NCBI GenBank assembly: GCA_026025075.1
Contig: JAPEUI010000041.1
Location: forward strand, 1-64,000
Length of the DNA stretch: 64,000 nt
Reading direction: 5' to 3'
From: Vezdaea acicularis
Taxonomy: Eukaryota
The position numbers and the translations under genes were made by a program. Shown here piece after piece: positions 26,378 to 40,017 of the stretch (the first letter of the stretch is position 1; each line of letters begins with the position of its first letter). The notes under the pieces were generated by a model that saw nothing but the letters and a program-made list of their open reading frames with translations, was not told the DNA's origin and made no database searches.

Positions 26378-27318
26378 TTACCCTATCCTTTCCTCGTCGA
26401 TGTGCCACCTGTCTCCTGATTCCGTTGCCCTCCCCTCGCCTTTCAATTTCATGAGCACTAACCGCACGCCTCTTTCAGCGGGCGCATGCAAGTTCTCTGG
26501 ATACTTTGCATATACGATCTTAACGACCTCCATCGGAGTCTTCCCCTTCACATCGCCACTCCTCAATACATCGAGTATCTCTCCCTCTCGTTCCCGTCTA
26601 TGCTCAATATACTCCCGCACCTTCCCAGGCCCGTCTTCAATTACAGCACCATGCCCGGGGTAAGCCCTGCCAGTGAACAGCCCCTCTGTAACCGTCAAGC
26701 TCGCTACATACTCCTCGTAATTCTCAAAGACGGCCGTGCCATGTCCTAACACGCTATCTCCCGTAAAACATGCATTTTCCTCTTCAAGGATAAGCACCGC
26801 GTGGTCTCTCGTATGGCCGGGCGTATGCACCGCTTTCACCGTCGCCCCTTCCACCTGGCATATATGCCCCTCTTCAAGATTCCTCACGAGGTGCATTGGC
26901 GAATCCGCTTTGACATGCTCGCCCGTAAGCGGAAATTTCCAGATTTGCAAATCCCGCCCAAGTGACGCCAGGTCTGCCACGCCACCAACATGGTCATGAT
27001 GCCAGTGTGTGAGTATGCAGTGGGAGATCTCTGCGCCGTGTGTAGTAAGAGTCGTCCTGAGGAGCTCAAGCCAGCGCGGGAGTCCTTCGCCGGTGTCAAC
27101 AAGGATGCGGTCACGGCCTGTTCCAACAATGTAGGTATTTGTGCCTTGAGCGGGTTAGCATGGATATGGAAAGACAGGGCTAGGGAAGGCCTCATGTACA
27201 GTATGTGAGAAAGGGGCAAACCTTGCAGGGTAAACTTCCCAGGGTTCCCGCCTAGGATGCGGATTACTGCTGGCGAAAGGCTCTCTACTTCCGGTAGAGA
27301 TGGTAAAGAGGTCGCCAT
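26378..27318 (-). CDS. Metallo-beta-lactamase-fold hydrolase, LACTB2-like
   Basis: RILGGNPGKFTLQG|TNTY (intron 27221-27145), THWHHDH, HTPGHT.DH, FTGD.VLG.GT, YPGHG. Confidence 0.92.
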
Positions 27319-27840
27319 AGCAGTTGAGGAACTTAAGTTATGTATTCCATGAAATATACTAGTTACTCTCAATATGCGCCTATGCGATAATAATCCTATA
27401 AAGCGACCATCCATCAAAGCGAACTCGTGTACCGAGGGACCGGGCGAGCGTGCCAGACCTCGGCACCTTTGAAACCCATTCGTAGGGCTGACATCGCGAC
27501 AATTCGAACGTGTGTTGTAAAATACTGATGTGAAGCGGGACCAATTTTAAAAATCCGAGAGATGGAGCAAAAGATAGTGTAGGCATGCGCCTAAGGGTAT
27601 TTCCAAAGATTGTGAAATGGAGTATTTTGGGCATAGCCACGGCCATCTCTGGTAAAAGGCAAGAAATGGATTCTGAGCTAGCTTGTCCCACTCCAATTAA
27701 GCGAGCCGGCTTATAATTGTTAATAAATGCAATATTAATCGACTTACCCCTCCCTCCAGTTTGTGGCTCCCGCCCCGCGATCGATGTCATTGGAGAGATG
27801 GGTGAGGTAAATCTCTCTCAGTTCATAAACTATCTTCATA

Positions 27841-28514
27841 ATGGCCGCATGTATCTTTTGTAAGATCATCAAGGGTAGTTCCCCCCCTCGACTTCCTCGG
27901 CTTGCGTACTGAGGAATTGACACACCATCCAGGTGACATTCCTTCCCTCAAGCTATTCGAGAGCGAGAAAGTTTTGGCATTTCTCGACATCCAGCCCCTG
28001 AGTAGAGGCCATGCGGTAAACGCAGCACTCTCCTCTAGGCCTAGGAGTCAAATGCTCATCCTTATCTAGCTTGTGATACCTAAATTCCATGGCGCAAAGC
28101 TTACGGACATCCCAGACGACCAACTTGAGGAGATCTTGGTTCGTAGTCTCAGAATATAAATGCAGGAGGAAAGCTAATGAGCTTGAACGTTCCAGCCTTT
28201 GGTAAAGAAACTTGCAGTTGCGACAGGCGCAGAGAACTACAATATTCTGCAAAACAATGGGAGGATTGCCCACCAGGTCGTTGATCATGTGCGTATACTA
28301 CCGAAACCGTCGTTTTGACCCCACTAACAAGGTCATAGGTCCACTTTCATTTGGTATGCAGCGATACCAATCCTAATTTTCCGATTCAGTGCTAACAGGT
28401 TGATAGATACCGAAGCCTAACGAAAAGGAGGGGCTCGGGATAGGCTGGCCAGCAACAGACACTGACAAGCCGAAGCTGGAAGCACTCCTCAAGGAAATCA
28501 AAGCGAAGATGTAA
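27841..28514 (+). CDS. HNT1: HIT-family nucleotide phosphoramidase (Hnt1/Hint), 6 exons
   Basis: MAACIFCKIIKG|DIPS..AFLDIQPLSRGHA|LVIPK..|LQNNGRIAHQVVDH|VHFHL (15-nt exon 28339-28353)|IPKP..IKAKM*. Confidence 0.95.
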
Positions 28515-28787
28515 TTGCCAAACTAGTAGCGGTAACCTTTCTAGGCGTACGAATGGAGAACCCATTTTCTTCTGAAAACATACTATTGTTCTTATGATAA
28601 GGAGCTGAGGCTATCTGTTAGGTGAAGAGCCCCCAAATGCCTTCTCCGGACATGATACAAATCTTCAAAAATGCAGTCTTCCTTTGAACACCAGCAATGC
28701 TCCCCTGTATGTTTACAAGCCATATGTCAAGAACCTTGAAATTCCATGAGGGACAAAAGGACACCAATTTTGTGGGCTAAAACCCAG

Positions 28788-30683
<1,896 letters not shown>

Positions 30684-31215
30684 ATAAGAAAGATTCCGTT
30701 GCAATCCTCCGGATCAGGTCGGAGAATATAGTTCCGTCGTATTTGCTTTAGGCCCGAAATGCTAGCCACTCACCCAATCGCCAAGGCCGAGCTGCAGCAT
30801 GCGACACCTTTTGATGGGCGTAAACGATACGACCGCGGGCCACAAACGGCTTTTATTACGTCGCAAATGACCGGCTGGAGTGCGCGAACCCTTCTGGTAA
30901 GACCAAGGGGCATCCTACTGGTTTAAAGTGCGAAAACACAAGATTGTGGGTGGATTTACGCATCTTAATCCTGCAAAACGCGATGACGCCTTGGAGCACA
31001 CTCGACGCCCCGCGCTACTGGGCTTTGTAGCGTGAGGTTAATTCGGCAACAGCGGCGCTGGGAACGCCGAGCGGCAACTCAAAGCGAGCTCTATATGCGA
31101 AAACAAAACCAAGCAAACGCGACTGTAACAAACATCAGAGAAGTTTCTACGAATTCTGGTTCCAAAGCACTTACTCTAACGTTATAAAGAGATGCAAGAT
31201 CAGAACATCTGAGCC

Positions 31216-32048
31216 ATGTCGTCCTCAGCAACCCCGGTCGAGAGCATCAGCGCAAAGCGGTCCGCGTCGCGCAATCGCCTTCCATCATCAAGACCCACGA
31301 CTCCCCTGCGTCCCTCCTCGCGATCATCACTTCGGGACAGTCAAAACTTAGCAGGTAAAATCAGTACTACTAGCCAAACCAAGTTTCCTCTCGATGCTCT
31401 CGAGCTAGGCTTTGCCGAACTTTCTGACTCAATGGCCGACCTCGAGGCAAATTTCATGCATTTACAAGTAATGCATGAGAGCCTAGCGCGCTTCAGTGAA
31501 AGCTTTGGTAGCTTTCTATATGGCTTAAACATGAACGCCTTTTGTGTCGACTTTCCAGAGGTAAATAGTTTGCAACGCAACCTGCCATATGAGTTGGATC
31601 ACAACTGATATTACAATGGTATAGGCCCCAGGCACAGACTCATTCAAAAGGGCAAAGCAACGCGAAGAGCAGCAAGGTAAACGAAAGGATTCTTGGCTTT
31701 TTGCGAGTTTCGAGATGCTCATATAAACTTCAGGCTCCTCTCCTGCTGTAGACAGATATCGCCAGGATTACGATGTTGATATGACGTTCATGTATATTCC
31801 CAGTCTAATATTTAGGATGTTACAGAGGGCGCTTACCCTGTTTTAGGACCACAGACACCTCATTTGTGGACAACCCTCCACCGTCTTCAAGAACTGCTCC
31901 GAAGTATGCAACTCCAGCACCGGCCTCAAAAGCAGGAGGTCCATCTCACAGAGGGAACATCGGAGGAGTCTCGAGGGGCGGTAGAGGTCTTCCTCGAGGT
32001 GCTCGCACAAGTGGATTAGCTCGAGCACGAGGCCGAGGCATTCGCTGA
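31216..32048 (+). CDS. DAM1: DASH complex subunit Dam1, 4 exons
   Basis: RPTTP, FAELSDSMADLEANFMHLQVMHESLARFSESFGSFLYGLNMNAFCVDFPE|AP; MTFMTTDTSFV; RGG-rich tail. Confidence 0.95.
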
Positions 32049-32992
32049 GATCAAGATCATGACTATCAAATCACCAAACAGAGTACTGCCCTTATACAAG
32101 ACAGATTTCAGCGCTGCTTCCACAACAGTAAACTCACTCGAGCTCAGCCTTATCGTCGAAGCGCCTTCACAAAAGAAAGGCGGCTGAAGATACATGACTT
32201 CGGGAGTGCGCAGCGACCCGAATGATTCGCGACAGCAAGCGCTGAGATTCCTTTGATGCTCCCAAGTAGGTTGGGAACATTCCGCTCGAGGAGAACGCTC
32301 CAGAGTGGGGCTTTAATATGAATATCGAAGTCCGGCGAGCCTAAGTAGCCCTAACTACAGTTACTCACCGAAGACGGCAATGCCTTGGGGAAAATAAAGC
32401 TCTAAATTGCGCCTGTCTGGTTTTTTTTAAAAGAAAAAAGGGGGGGGGTGGCGCGGGACCCCTAGGCCTTTTAGATAGAGTAGCATAGTCCTCATAGATA
32501 TAATCAGGCCTATCAAACAACCAACGCCATCCATGGACTATTTGCTTGCATAAGTGGGGTTAGTTATTCTCAATCTTGGAGATACTGGAGGCTAAGAGTA
32601 TCCTCATGGTCAGGGATGAGTTAGTATGTGAGTTACCGATAATAGAACGCGCCCATGGTAGTCGAATAAAATGTCAAAATAATCTGATAATAATTCCTCC
32701 TTGTAGCACTGACTACACCGCTAGATTTTTAAATATTTTGCTTGAAAAGTTGGCTTTTTGAATGATATATTTAGATCATAGAGCACCCACAGTAAACCCT
32801 ATTTCAGCCTTACGGGGCGTTCAAGTTTAGCGCGACGCGACAGTCCCCTAGACGAATAAAGCTTCCATTCACGACACGTGTATCCAACAATCTACTCGCG
32901 ACGAGGGGGATGTTGAACAATCGAATGAGATATTAACTCCTAGGAAGTTTGCTGAAGGGGTCTTGCAGAGCAGGTTCTCAGCAATCACAGAA

Positions 32993-34856
32993 ATGGCAAC
33001 CGTAACAATAACGTCGAAACCGACGGGGACTGCCTCAAGCATGCAACCCCTTTCTATGCCAAATGATTATCCGAGTTATGGCTGCAGTAAGATAGATAAC
33101 TTCTGGGGCATCCAAGAAATTACTAATGTTTTCCAATCTACCAGACCACTTCGAGTTGATCATGACCAGGGACGCGGATTTGACGCAGCGTACTCTCAAG
33201 TCCTACAACACGATATTGGACATAGTCTACGGAGGAAACCAGATTGTCACGCGCACGCATAAGGGCCCGGGACAAGGAGAGAGTCGTGGTTTTGTTGTGG
33301 TCACTCCTACGTCCCTGTGTCTGCAGTGTCAGGCAGGTACTGCGATTGCGGATGTAGCTGGACATCATAGCTTCAAAAAGCATGCTTTCTGTAAGATCTC
33401 TCATGCTAGATTGACCCAACAGACTTGGCTTACGCATGTGCAAAAGTCGTTGATTCAAGGTCAGGGTGTCTATACTGTGCGTTGTGCAAGGATGTCGTGT
33501 ACGATTCAGGTTTGGAGCAACTAAGACTACGCAGGCAGAGCTTGAATGGTCAGACTTACTAAGACAAAATTTACGGTGTTTTCAAAAGTTCTAACTCCCT
33601 CAGGCGCCAAGAAAAGGAAATTCGATGCCTTGAGCCGTTCGAACGAAGTCGACAGCTATTCTGCAGCAAACTCCTCACATCCGCCCTGTGTAGCGCAAGG
33701 AATCCGTGGGCTCTATAACATGGGCAGTACTTGTTTTATGAGTGTCATCATCCAGAGTCTTATCAACAATCCTTTCATTCGAAGTTACTATATGGGTGAT
33801 GGCCATGTGACGGATGAAGATCACGACAATAGTTGCATGAGCTGCGCTCTAGTTGATATTTTCACCGAGTTCTACACGAACGACACCGTGGATGGGTTCG
33901 GAGCTGTCGAGTTTCTGGCAAAATCATGGCAATGCGACTCAGTAAGCATACTCATGCCTCGGCTCTTCCAAATCAAGTTGCTGACTGAGATATAGTCACT
34001 CGCTGGAGACAATCAACAGGACGCCCATGAGTATTTCATCTTCCTGCTGAACCAGCTTCATTTGAACGAGAAGCATCTTTCTAATGAAGGCAATTCTTGT
34101 CAATGCATCATCCACAGAACCTTCTATGGCAAGCTTCAGAGCGACGTTACCTGTAGCAAGTGTCATAAAACCAACACGAAGGAAGAGTTGATGATTGATC
34201 TAAGTCTAGATCTTCGGGCACAAGTGAAGCGGCAAAAGAGTGATGCTCGATCTCCAGATGGAGGAAATAAGATTAGCTTAGAAAGCTGTCTACAAAGCTT
34301 CACGAGTCCGGAGCAACTACAAGCAAGCCAGTATACATGCGGAAATTGCGATAATAAGGAGCAGCACGCCATAAAGCAGTTGAGTATCAAGACATTGCCC
34401 CGCATTCTTTGCATTCAACTCAAGGTAAGAAGCGCCCTTGCCTGAGGAGTTGAATTTCCTGCGTCTGACACCTGAGTAATAGAGATTCGAAGCGTCGTCT
34501 ACCGCTTCCACAAAGATTAACATCAATGTTCCATTTCCGCTGACGCTCGATATGTTTCAATACACAACACATGCCATCCAGCAGAAGCTGGAGACGTCCC
34601 AGAAAAGAGCTAAAGCTAGTACATATGATCTCTTTTGCGTGATCGAACATCGAGGCGATATTAACGGTGGTCATTATGTCGCATATGTGAAAAAGGACAC
34701 CCAAGTATGTTTCCAGTACCATCTAATAGGTTATGTAACCTGACCTGAAAGCAGTGGTTTCTCTTCGATGATGCGAAAGTGACTTTGGAATCTGAAGCAA
34801 AAGTCTTAGCTGTTCATGCATATCTATTATTCTACAATGTAAGATTTGTAAGATGA
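32993..34856 (+). CDS. UBP8: Ubiquitin C-terminal hydrolase, Ubp8/USP22-like (zf-UBP + C19 peptidase)
   Basis: N-terminal Cys/His zinc finger, Cys box GIRGLYNMGSTCFMS, QQDAHEY, C..HRTFYG.LQS.VTC, His box HRGDINGGHYVAY, AYLLFY. Confidence 0.88.
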
Positions 34857-35003
34857 AGAAGGTATCATCCTTGCTACTCTTTTTTAGGCACAGAAATGCA
34901 TTTCGGGATTGCTGCATTGAACGACTTGCATACCTCATTTTTGGGCATAGAAGGCATATTTCAGCACATTGGGCAGCATGGAGGCGTATTGGTTGTAGCA
35001 TTA

Positions 35004-35993
35004 TTATTGCGGTGGTGTTCTATCTGGACCGTCTTTAGGATGGTAGACATCCATGTCCCTCTTTTCAATGTCTCCGCTAGAGCATACCTCTAATTCAGGC
35101 AAAACCCTTCTATAAGCGTCCTCCCACGGATCAATGACTCCATACCCGGCGGGGTCTCGTGTCTTGAGGAAAGACTGAACCCTTTCGTCTTTATTACCCG
35201 ATGCACTGACTGTCTCGTTTCGCCGCCGCATCAAATCTCGACTCATATCGCTATGGAGTTTATCACGCTCCTCCAAAAAGCTCATCGAGTAGTTCCCCGC
35301 TCTTGTAGCCTGTCCAATACCTCCCAACGCAGCAAATACGACGATCAAGGAGACAAAGGCGCTATTCGAGAAGTAGTAGGGACCCTGTGCACCCCTCGCA
35401 TCTCGCTGATACCACCGCTCCCAATCCTCCCACGTGGCATTCTGGCTCGGCGACTGGTCTGAGTCCCATCTGCGACGTGCTACCGATGATTCTTCTGCCC
35501 CTCTCACTTCTGGCTGCCCATTCCAGCCAGCGCCGTATCGATCGTACATGCTTCGTTTGACGGGATCGCAAAGGATGGAGTTGGCTATTACTACCAGCCT
35601 GTAGCGCTCTACCATCATCGCATGCGTGATCGGATGTCCATGTTCATCGCAGTGCTTGTTTTTACAATCCGGGTGATACAGCTTGACCAATTCGTAAAAC
35701 CGACGCTTTGAGTATGGAGCACCTTTCGTCTGATTGAAGATCTGATACGGTGTTGGAACGGTATTGCCGTGCTTGCATTCAGGCCAATTAAGATTTTCAT
35801 GACGGCCATCTTGCGCAACACTGGCATAAGAACGTCTCGGTTGTAGATTTTCTCTTGGACTGGTACGTTGTCTCTTCTGGCATTGGGCTGAGCCGTGAGG
35901 TTGTGACGACGTGCGGGGTTGGCACTCAGACGAGAAGGCTTTCATGATGCCGTTGCATGATGGAAACAGGACCCCTGGCCTGCTGAAAGGCAT
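35004..35993 (-). CDS. JID1: Mitochondrial J-domain protein, Jid1-like
   Basis: PTPYQIF..KRRFYELVKLYHPD (HPD motif)..ERYRLVV.AN.IL.DP.KR..YD; NATWEDW; single C-terminal hydrophobic segment. Confidence 0.85.
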   Translation of the reverse strand: MPFSRPGVLFPSCNGIMKAFSSECQPRTSSQPHGSAQCQKRQRTSPRENLQPRRSYASVAQDGRHENLNWPECKHGNTVPTPYQIFNQTKGAPYSKRRFYELVKLYHPDCKNKHCDEHGHPITHAMMVERYRLVVIANSILCDPVKRSMYDRYGAGWNGQPEVRGAEESSVARRRWDSDQSPSQNATWEDWERWYQRDARGAQGPYYFSNSAFVSLIVVFAALGGIGQATRAGNYSMSFLEERDKLHSDMSRDLMRRRNETVSASGNKDERVQSFLKTRDPAGYGVIDPWEDAYRRVLPELEVCSSGDIEKRDMDVYHPKDGPDRTPPQ

Positions 35994-36370
35994 TATTGCA
36001 GATAGTACCAGCGGGACGCGAGACGCCTCATGATGAGTGTTTTGATATCATGGTAAGGTGGCGTTGTGTGAATGGATAATTAAAGCAAATGTCGCAGGCA
36101 TGGAACACTCAATGAAGCCTTGTGAAGCGAGCTAGCCCAATAGGATCCAACGCAGCTACGTCGGCTCCATAAGACTCCGTAACAGCTGGGAAATTTAGGC
36201 ATGCGACTGTAAGGCTGACTCAAAAATAATCTGCTGAACTGAATTATCAGCTTCACAACCATGGCTAGGTGCGCAAGGCTGCACACCCGGCTGGTATTCG
36301 AAAAAAAGCCCCTACACGTTTCCTCTTCCCACGATGGGACGTACTTCTGACCACCGCGCACACGACTACA

Positions 36371-37645
36371 ATGTCTCTGCGACTTACGATCCGGCCCGCC
36401 CGTCTGGATCCCATAGCGGCAGAGTATCGTGCCCTCAAGTTTGATCATGACTCTGGCCAGGTCTACGATGAGACCGTGCGTAAAGCCGTTGACTCAAGGA
36501 TATGGCGGTACTGGCAGTATAAGACTCGAGGGAGCAATCAACACGTGAAAGTCGACAAGGAGGAAGGAAATCGAGGCGTGCCGTCATTACTGAACCTCGC
36601 TATCCGCTGCACGCTGCAAAACCTCGATAGCATAGATCGAGAATGTTTGGAAGGACTAGACTGGGGCATTGCAGAGATACTGTGGCGCGCTATCAAGAGA
36701 TTGTTCGTACCCTTATGTTACCCCGCGACAATCTATCTCTAAGACTAATTGCGCGTCCGCAACAGCGAACTTGATAGCTTCCATATCTGGCGGACCTTTG
36801 TGTCTGTATACCATTCCGAAGATGCCTCATCTCTGCTCTACCATCGCCAATCGATTATCGTCCCTTCCGTCTCTCTCGACCACTACGCCACGCCCATCAT
36901 GTCCCCAAATTTTGAATGGCTTACCCACCTCACGATATCTGGGCTTTTCCTCCCAAGGTCCGAACTGGTAAATCTCTGCCGTATCGTCAACCTCAGTGCG
37001 CTAGACATAGTTGCCCCGAAGACTCTGGAGAAGATCGTTACGATCCCTACAGTGGATGATGCCCTGGTGCGGAGTTGGAGCCGCGAAGCTGCTTCAAATG
37101 GTGCCTTCCCGAAGCTGCGTGTTCTTTCAATAAGGAATTATGAGACCATCACCCAAACGACCCTTAGCTACTTGAGCACTTTCCCATCTTTGACTCTGTA
37201 CAACGTCACTGGATGCAGCATACACCGGGATCATAATGTTTATGCTAAAAAGCTTGGGTGGAGCTGTGAGGGTGCCGAGGATCTGATCGAGGCCATGCAA
37301 CGAGACAAGCAGAACTCACAAACATGGGACATTCCTATTCAAGCGTGCTTCCGGCGAGCAGGCTTCCTAATTCAAAACCCGACAGTCCTAGGAGACGTAG
37401 AGGCCGATAACAGAAGACCAGTTCTAAACTTTCGCATGGGACCCTCGCAGTCTATCGACATATTCACCGCGTACAACGTAACGCGCTCTTTCGTCTTCCA
37501 GCGAGTGGAATTCGAGGTTCCTCAAGAGACAAGGAAGGAGCCAGACAAGGTGGTCAAGAAGCGGCGGTTACGAGTTAAATCGTCCAAGCAATTGAAATTT
37601 GAGGATCTATTGGGGGATTTTGGGGGTGTTAAATATGGTTTATGA
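36371..37645 (+). CDS. Uncharacterised RNI-like LRR protein with BC-box-like N-terminal motif, 2 exons
   Basis: Two ORFs joined by intron ~36703-36765; LRR-like LTHLTISG, LSALDI, FPKLRVLSIRNY..IT..TLSYL..FPSLTLYNVTGC. Confidence 0.7.
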
Positions 37646-38141
37646 TTATGATATCCTACACTGTTGCGTTCACATAGCCTGCGAGGCGTTATCGGTCATA
37701 CTAGCGCGATCATGAGTGAACCAATGTGCTTTACACCTCAAGATTGTGTCCGTTGCATTGAACTTATCTTCTTTTGTGAAGGGGGAACCCTAGGAAATGC
37801 TTGCGCTGAACCTCTAAAATACAACCGCGCATTCTTAGGGCATAATGACATGGTGCCTTCAAGATGCCATGTAATTCTTCCAACGCTTCAAAAGGTCTAA
37901 CCGCGTAATCGAGCATGTGTCGAGGATTGCACCAAGTGTTGAATGAGCTCAGGGCTCCTCCCAGCACGAGCTTAGCGCCACTCGTCTGATTTGCTGGTGG
38001 CTCGGCTGAGGACGTCACCTTAGGTTGACCCGCCAGTGGACTTGTTCAAGATAGTCGCGATATATTCTCGGTGGTGCTCTTCATAGCTTTCAGCAACCGC
38101 CTCCACAACTCCCTCAAGAGCACGAGCACTTATCTATTGCA

Positions 38142-40017
38142 ATGGCTACTTCTTCGTCGGGCTCGTCCGCTGAACAGCCCTCACCTGCTGTCTCCGCGGT
38201 CTCCACCGAAGCATCAATAGTCCCGCCTCCAGATACAGCGCTTGACAAGACGCCTGACGACCGGTCGAAGATCGCAACGTTCCTCTCTATACTGAAGAAG
38301 TAAGTTGCGCAGGTTACTCCTGTCTCTACTGAGTCACAGGCCTGCAGAGGCAGTCCAGAAGTCTTCGTATTCCCGCTCAATGCTCTTCCCAAATCCCAGC
38401 GTTGGAGACGGTATTCATCTCAAACGAACTAAGCTGACAGTGGTGCGTTTGCGTTTGATATAGGTTTATCGGAGTCGCAGATATCGCAAATGTGCGCTTT
38501 TCACTGCCATCTAATCTTCTTGAACCAACTCCGAACCTTGGTACGCCTTCAACAGGCCTCAAAACCACTCTTCTAGCCGCATAGAACAGGGAATGCTGAT
38601 AGACAGGGGCATTACAGAGTACTGGAACTATATGGATCGGCCAGAGACCTTTGTTGCGTGCGTTTGCCACCGCTTTGACGGCATTGCCAACAGCAGTTCT
38701 GACATACTCGTCTAGTATGGGAGACTCAGACGACGCAACAGAGCGAATGCTTGCCGTTTTGAAGTTCTGGTTTACCAAAGATTTGGTGCGTTGATAGAGT
38801 TGGAGATTCGTGACATTTTTCACGCTAATATCTTGTGCAGAAATTCATAAAAGGGAAGCCTGTCAAGCCATATAACTCAACCCTTGGAGAATTCTTCCGT
38901 GTAAGCGACTCGGCATGGATTGATGTCGACTTGAGAACATTTGGCTTATGATTTGTGCGGCAGTGTAACTGGATTATTAGTACTGACGGAACCCCTGTCG
39001 GCGCCCCTGGTGTAAAAGAGAATAAGCAACAAGAAAATCAAGCGACAACAGCACAGTCCGCCGCGAAGCCGATAAGGGTATCGTATATCACAGAACAAAC
39101 GTCGCATCACCCCCCCGTCTCCGCCTTTTACGTTGATTGTCCCGAAAAGGGCATCACCGCACGAGGCTACGATCAAATCGCCGCCAAATTCACCGGTACA
39201 GGCGTGCGGATTACGCCAGGCGCCCATAACCTTGGGATCTTCGTAACGCTGCAGAAGCATAACAACGAGGAATACCAGCTGACGCACCCAGCCGCGCATG
39301 TCGGTGGTCTCCTTAAAGGGGCCCTCTCCATCACAGTCGCAGACTTGTGCTACATAACATGTCCCAAGAGCAAGTTGAAAGTTATCCTGCATTACATGGC
39401 CGAGGGCTGGCTCGGCCCGTCTAAGAATAAAGTCGAAGGCGTGCTTTTCAGATACAACCCCGATAATGACAAGGTCACGAAGCCGAAGGACGTTCCCGCG
39501 GACGACGTATTAGGCCGGATAGAGGGGAACTGGCAGGACAAGGTGTACTACACACCGTCCAAGACGCCCTCCGTACGTCCCTTGCCCCCTTAATAGTCTT
39601 TTCATCCCACACTTCCCCATTCCCCCTTCCCCCCCCTGTACCCAACTAACACCTTATCCCAAGGAGAAAACCCTCCTCATCGACCTCCTCCCCCTCTACC
39701 CCGCCGCCAAAGAAGTGCCCCCCGAATCCGAGCAACTACCCAACGAAAGCCGGCGCTTCTGGGCCGGCGTCACGACCGCCATCCTCGCGCGCGACTACAA
39801 CAAGGCCAACGACGAGAAGCAAGCGCTCGAGCAGCGACAGCGCGAGCGCGCCGAGGAGCGCAAGGCCAGCGGCGAGACCTGGCAGCCCCGCTTCTTCACC
39901 GGCGCTACTACCCCCGTCGGCAAACCTGAGCTGACCACCGACGGAAGGGAGGCGCTCAAGGGCTTGCATGAGGGCCGCTTCGCGTTGGAGGAGAGTAAGG
40001 TTCTGGGCGCGTTATAG
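38142..40017 (+). CDS. Oxysterol-binding protein (short ORD-only OSBP/Osh family), ~7 exons
   Basis: FSLPSNLLEP, KPYNSTLGEFF, signature EQTSHHPP, ESRRFW, EK..LEQRQR, WQPRFF. Confidence 0.95.

Noticed and set aside
32400..32800. AT/TA-rich spacer with homopolymers as a possible RIP-degraded transposon
   Set aside because: No terminal repeats, target-site duplication or transposase remnant visible
38300..38463. Longer-than-usual OSBP intron 1 as a possible snoRNA host
   Set aside because: No convincing C/D or H/ACA box arrangement found
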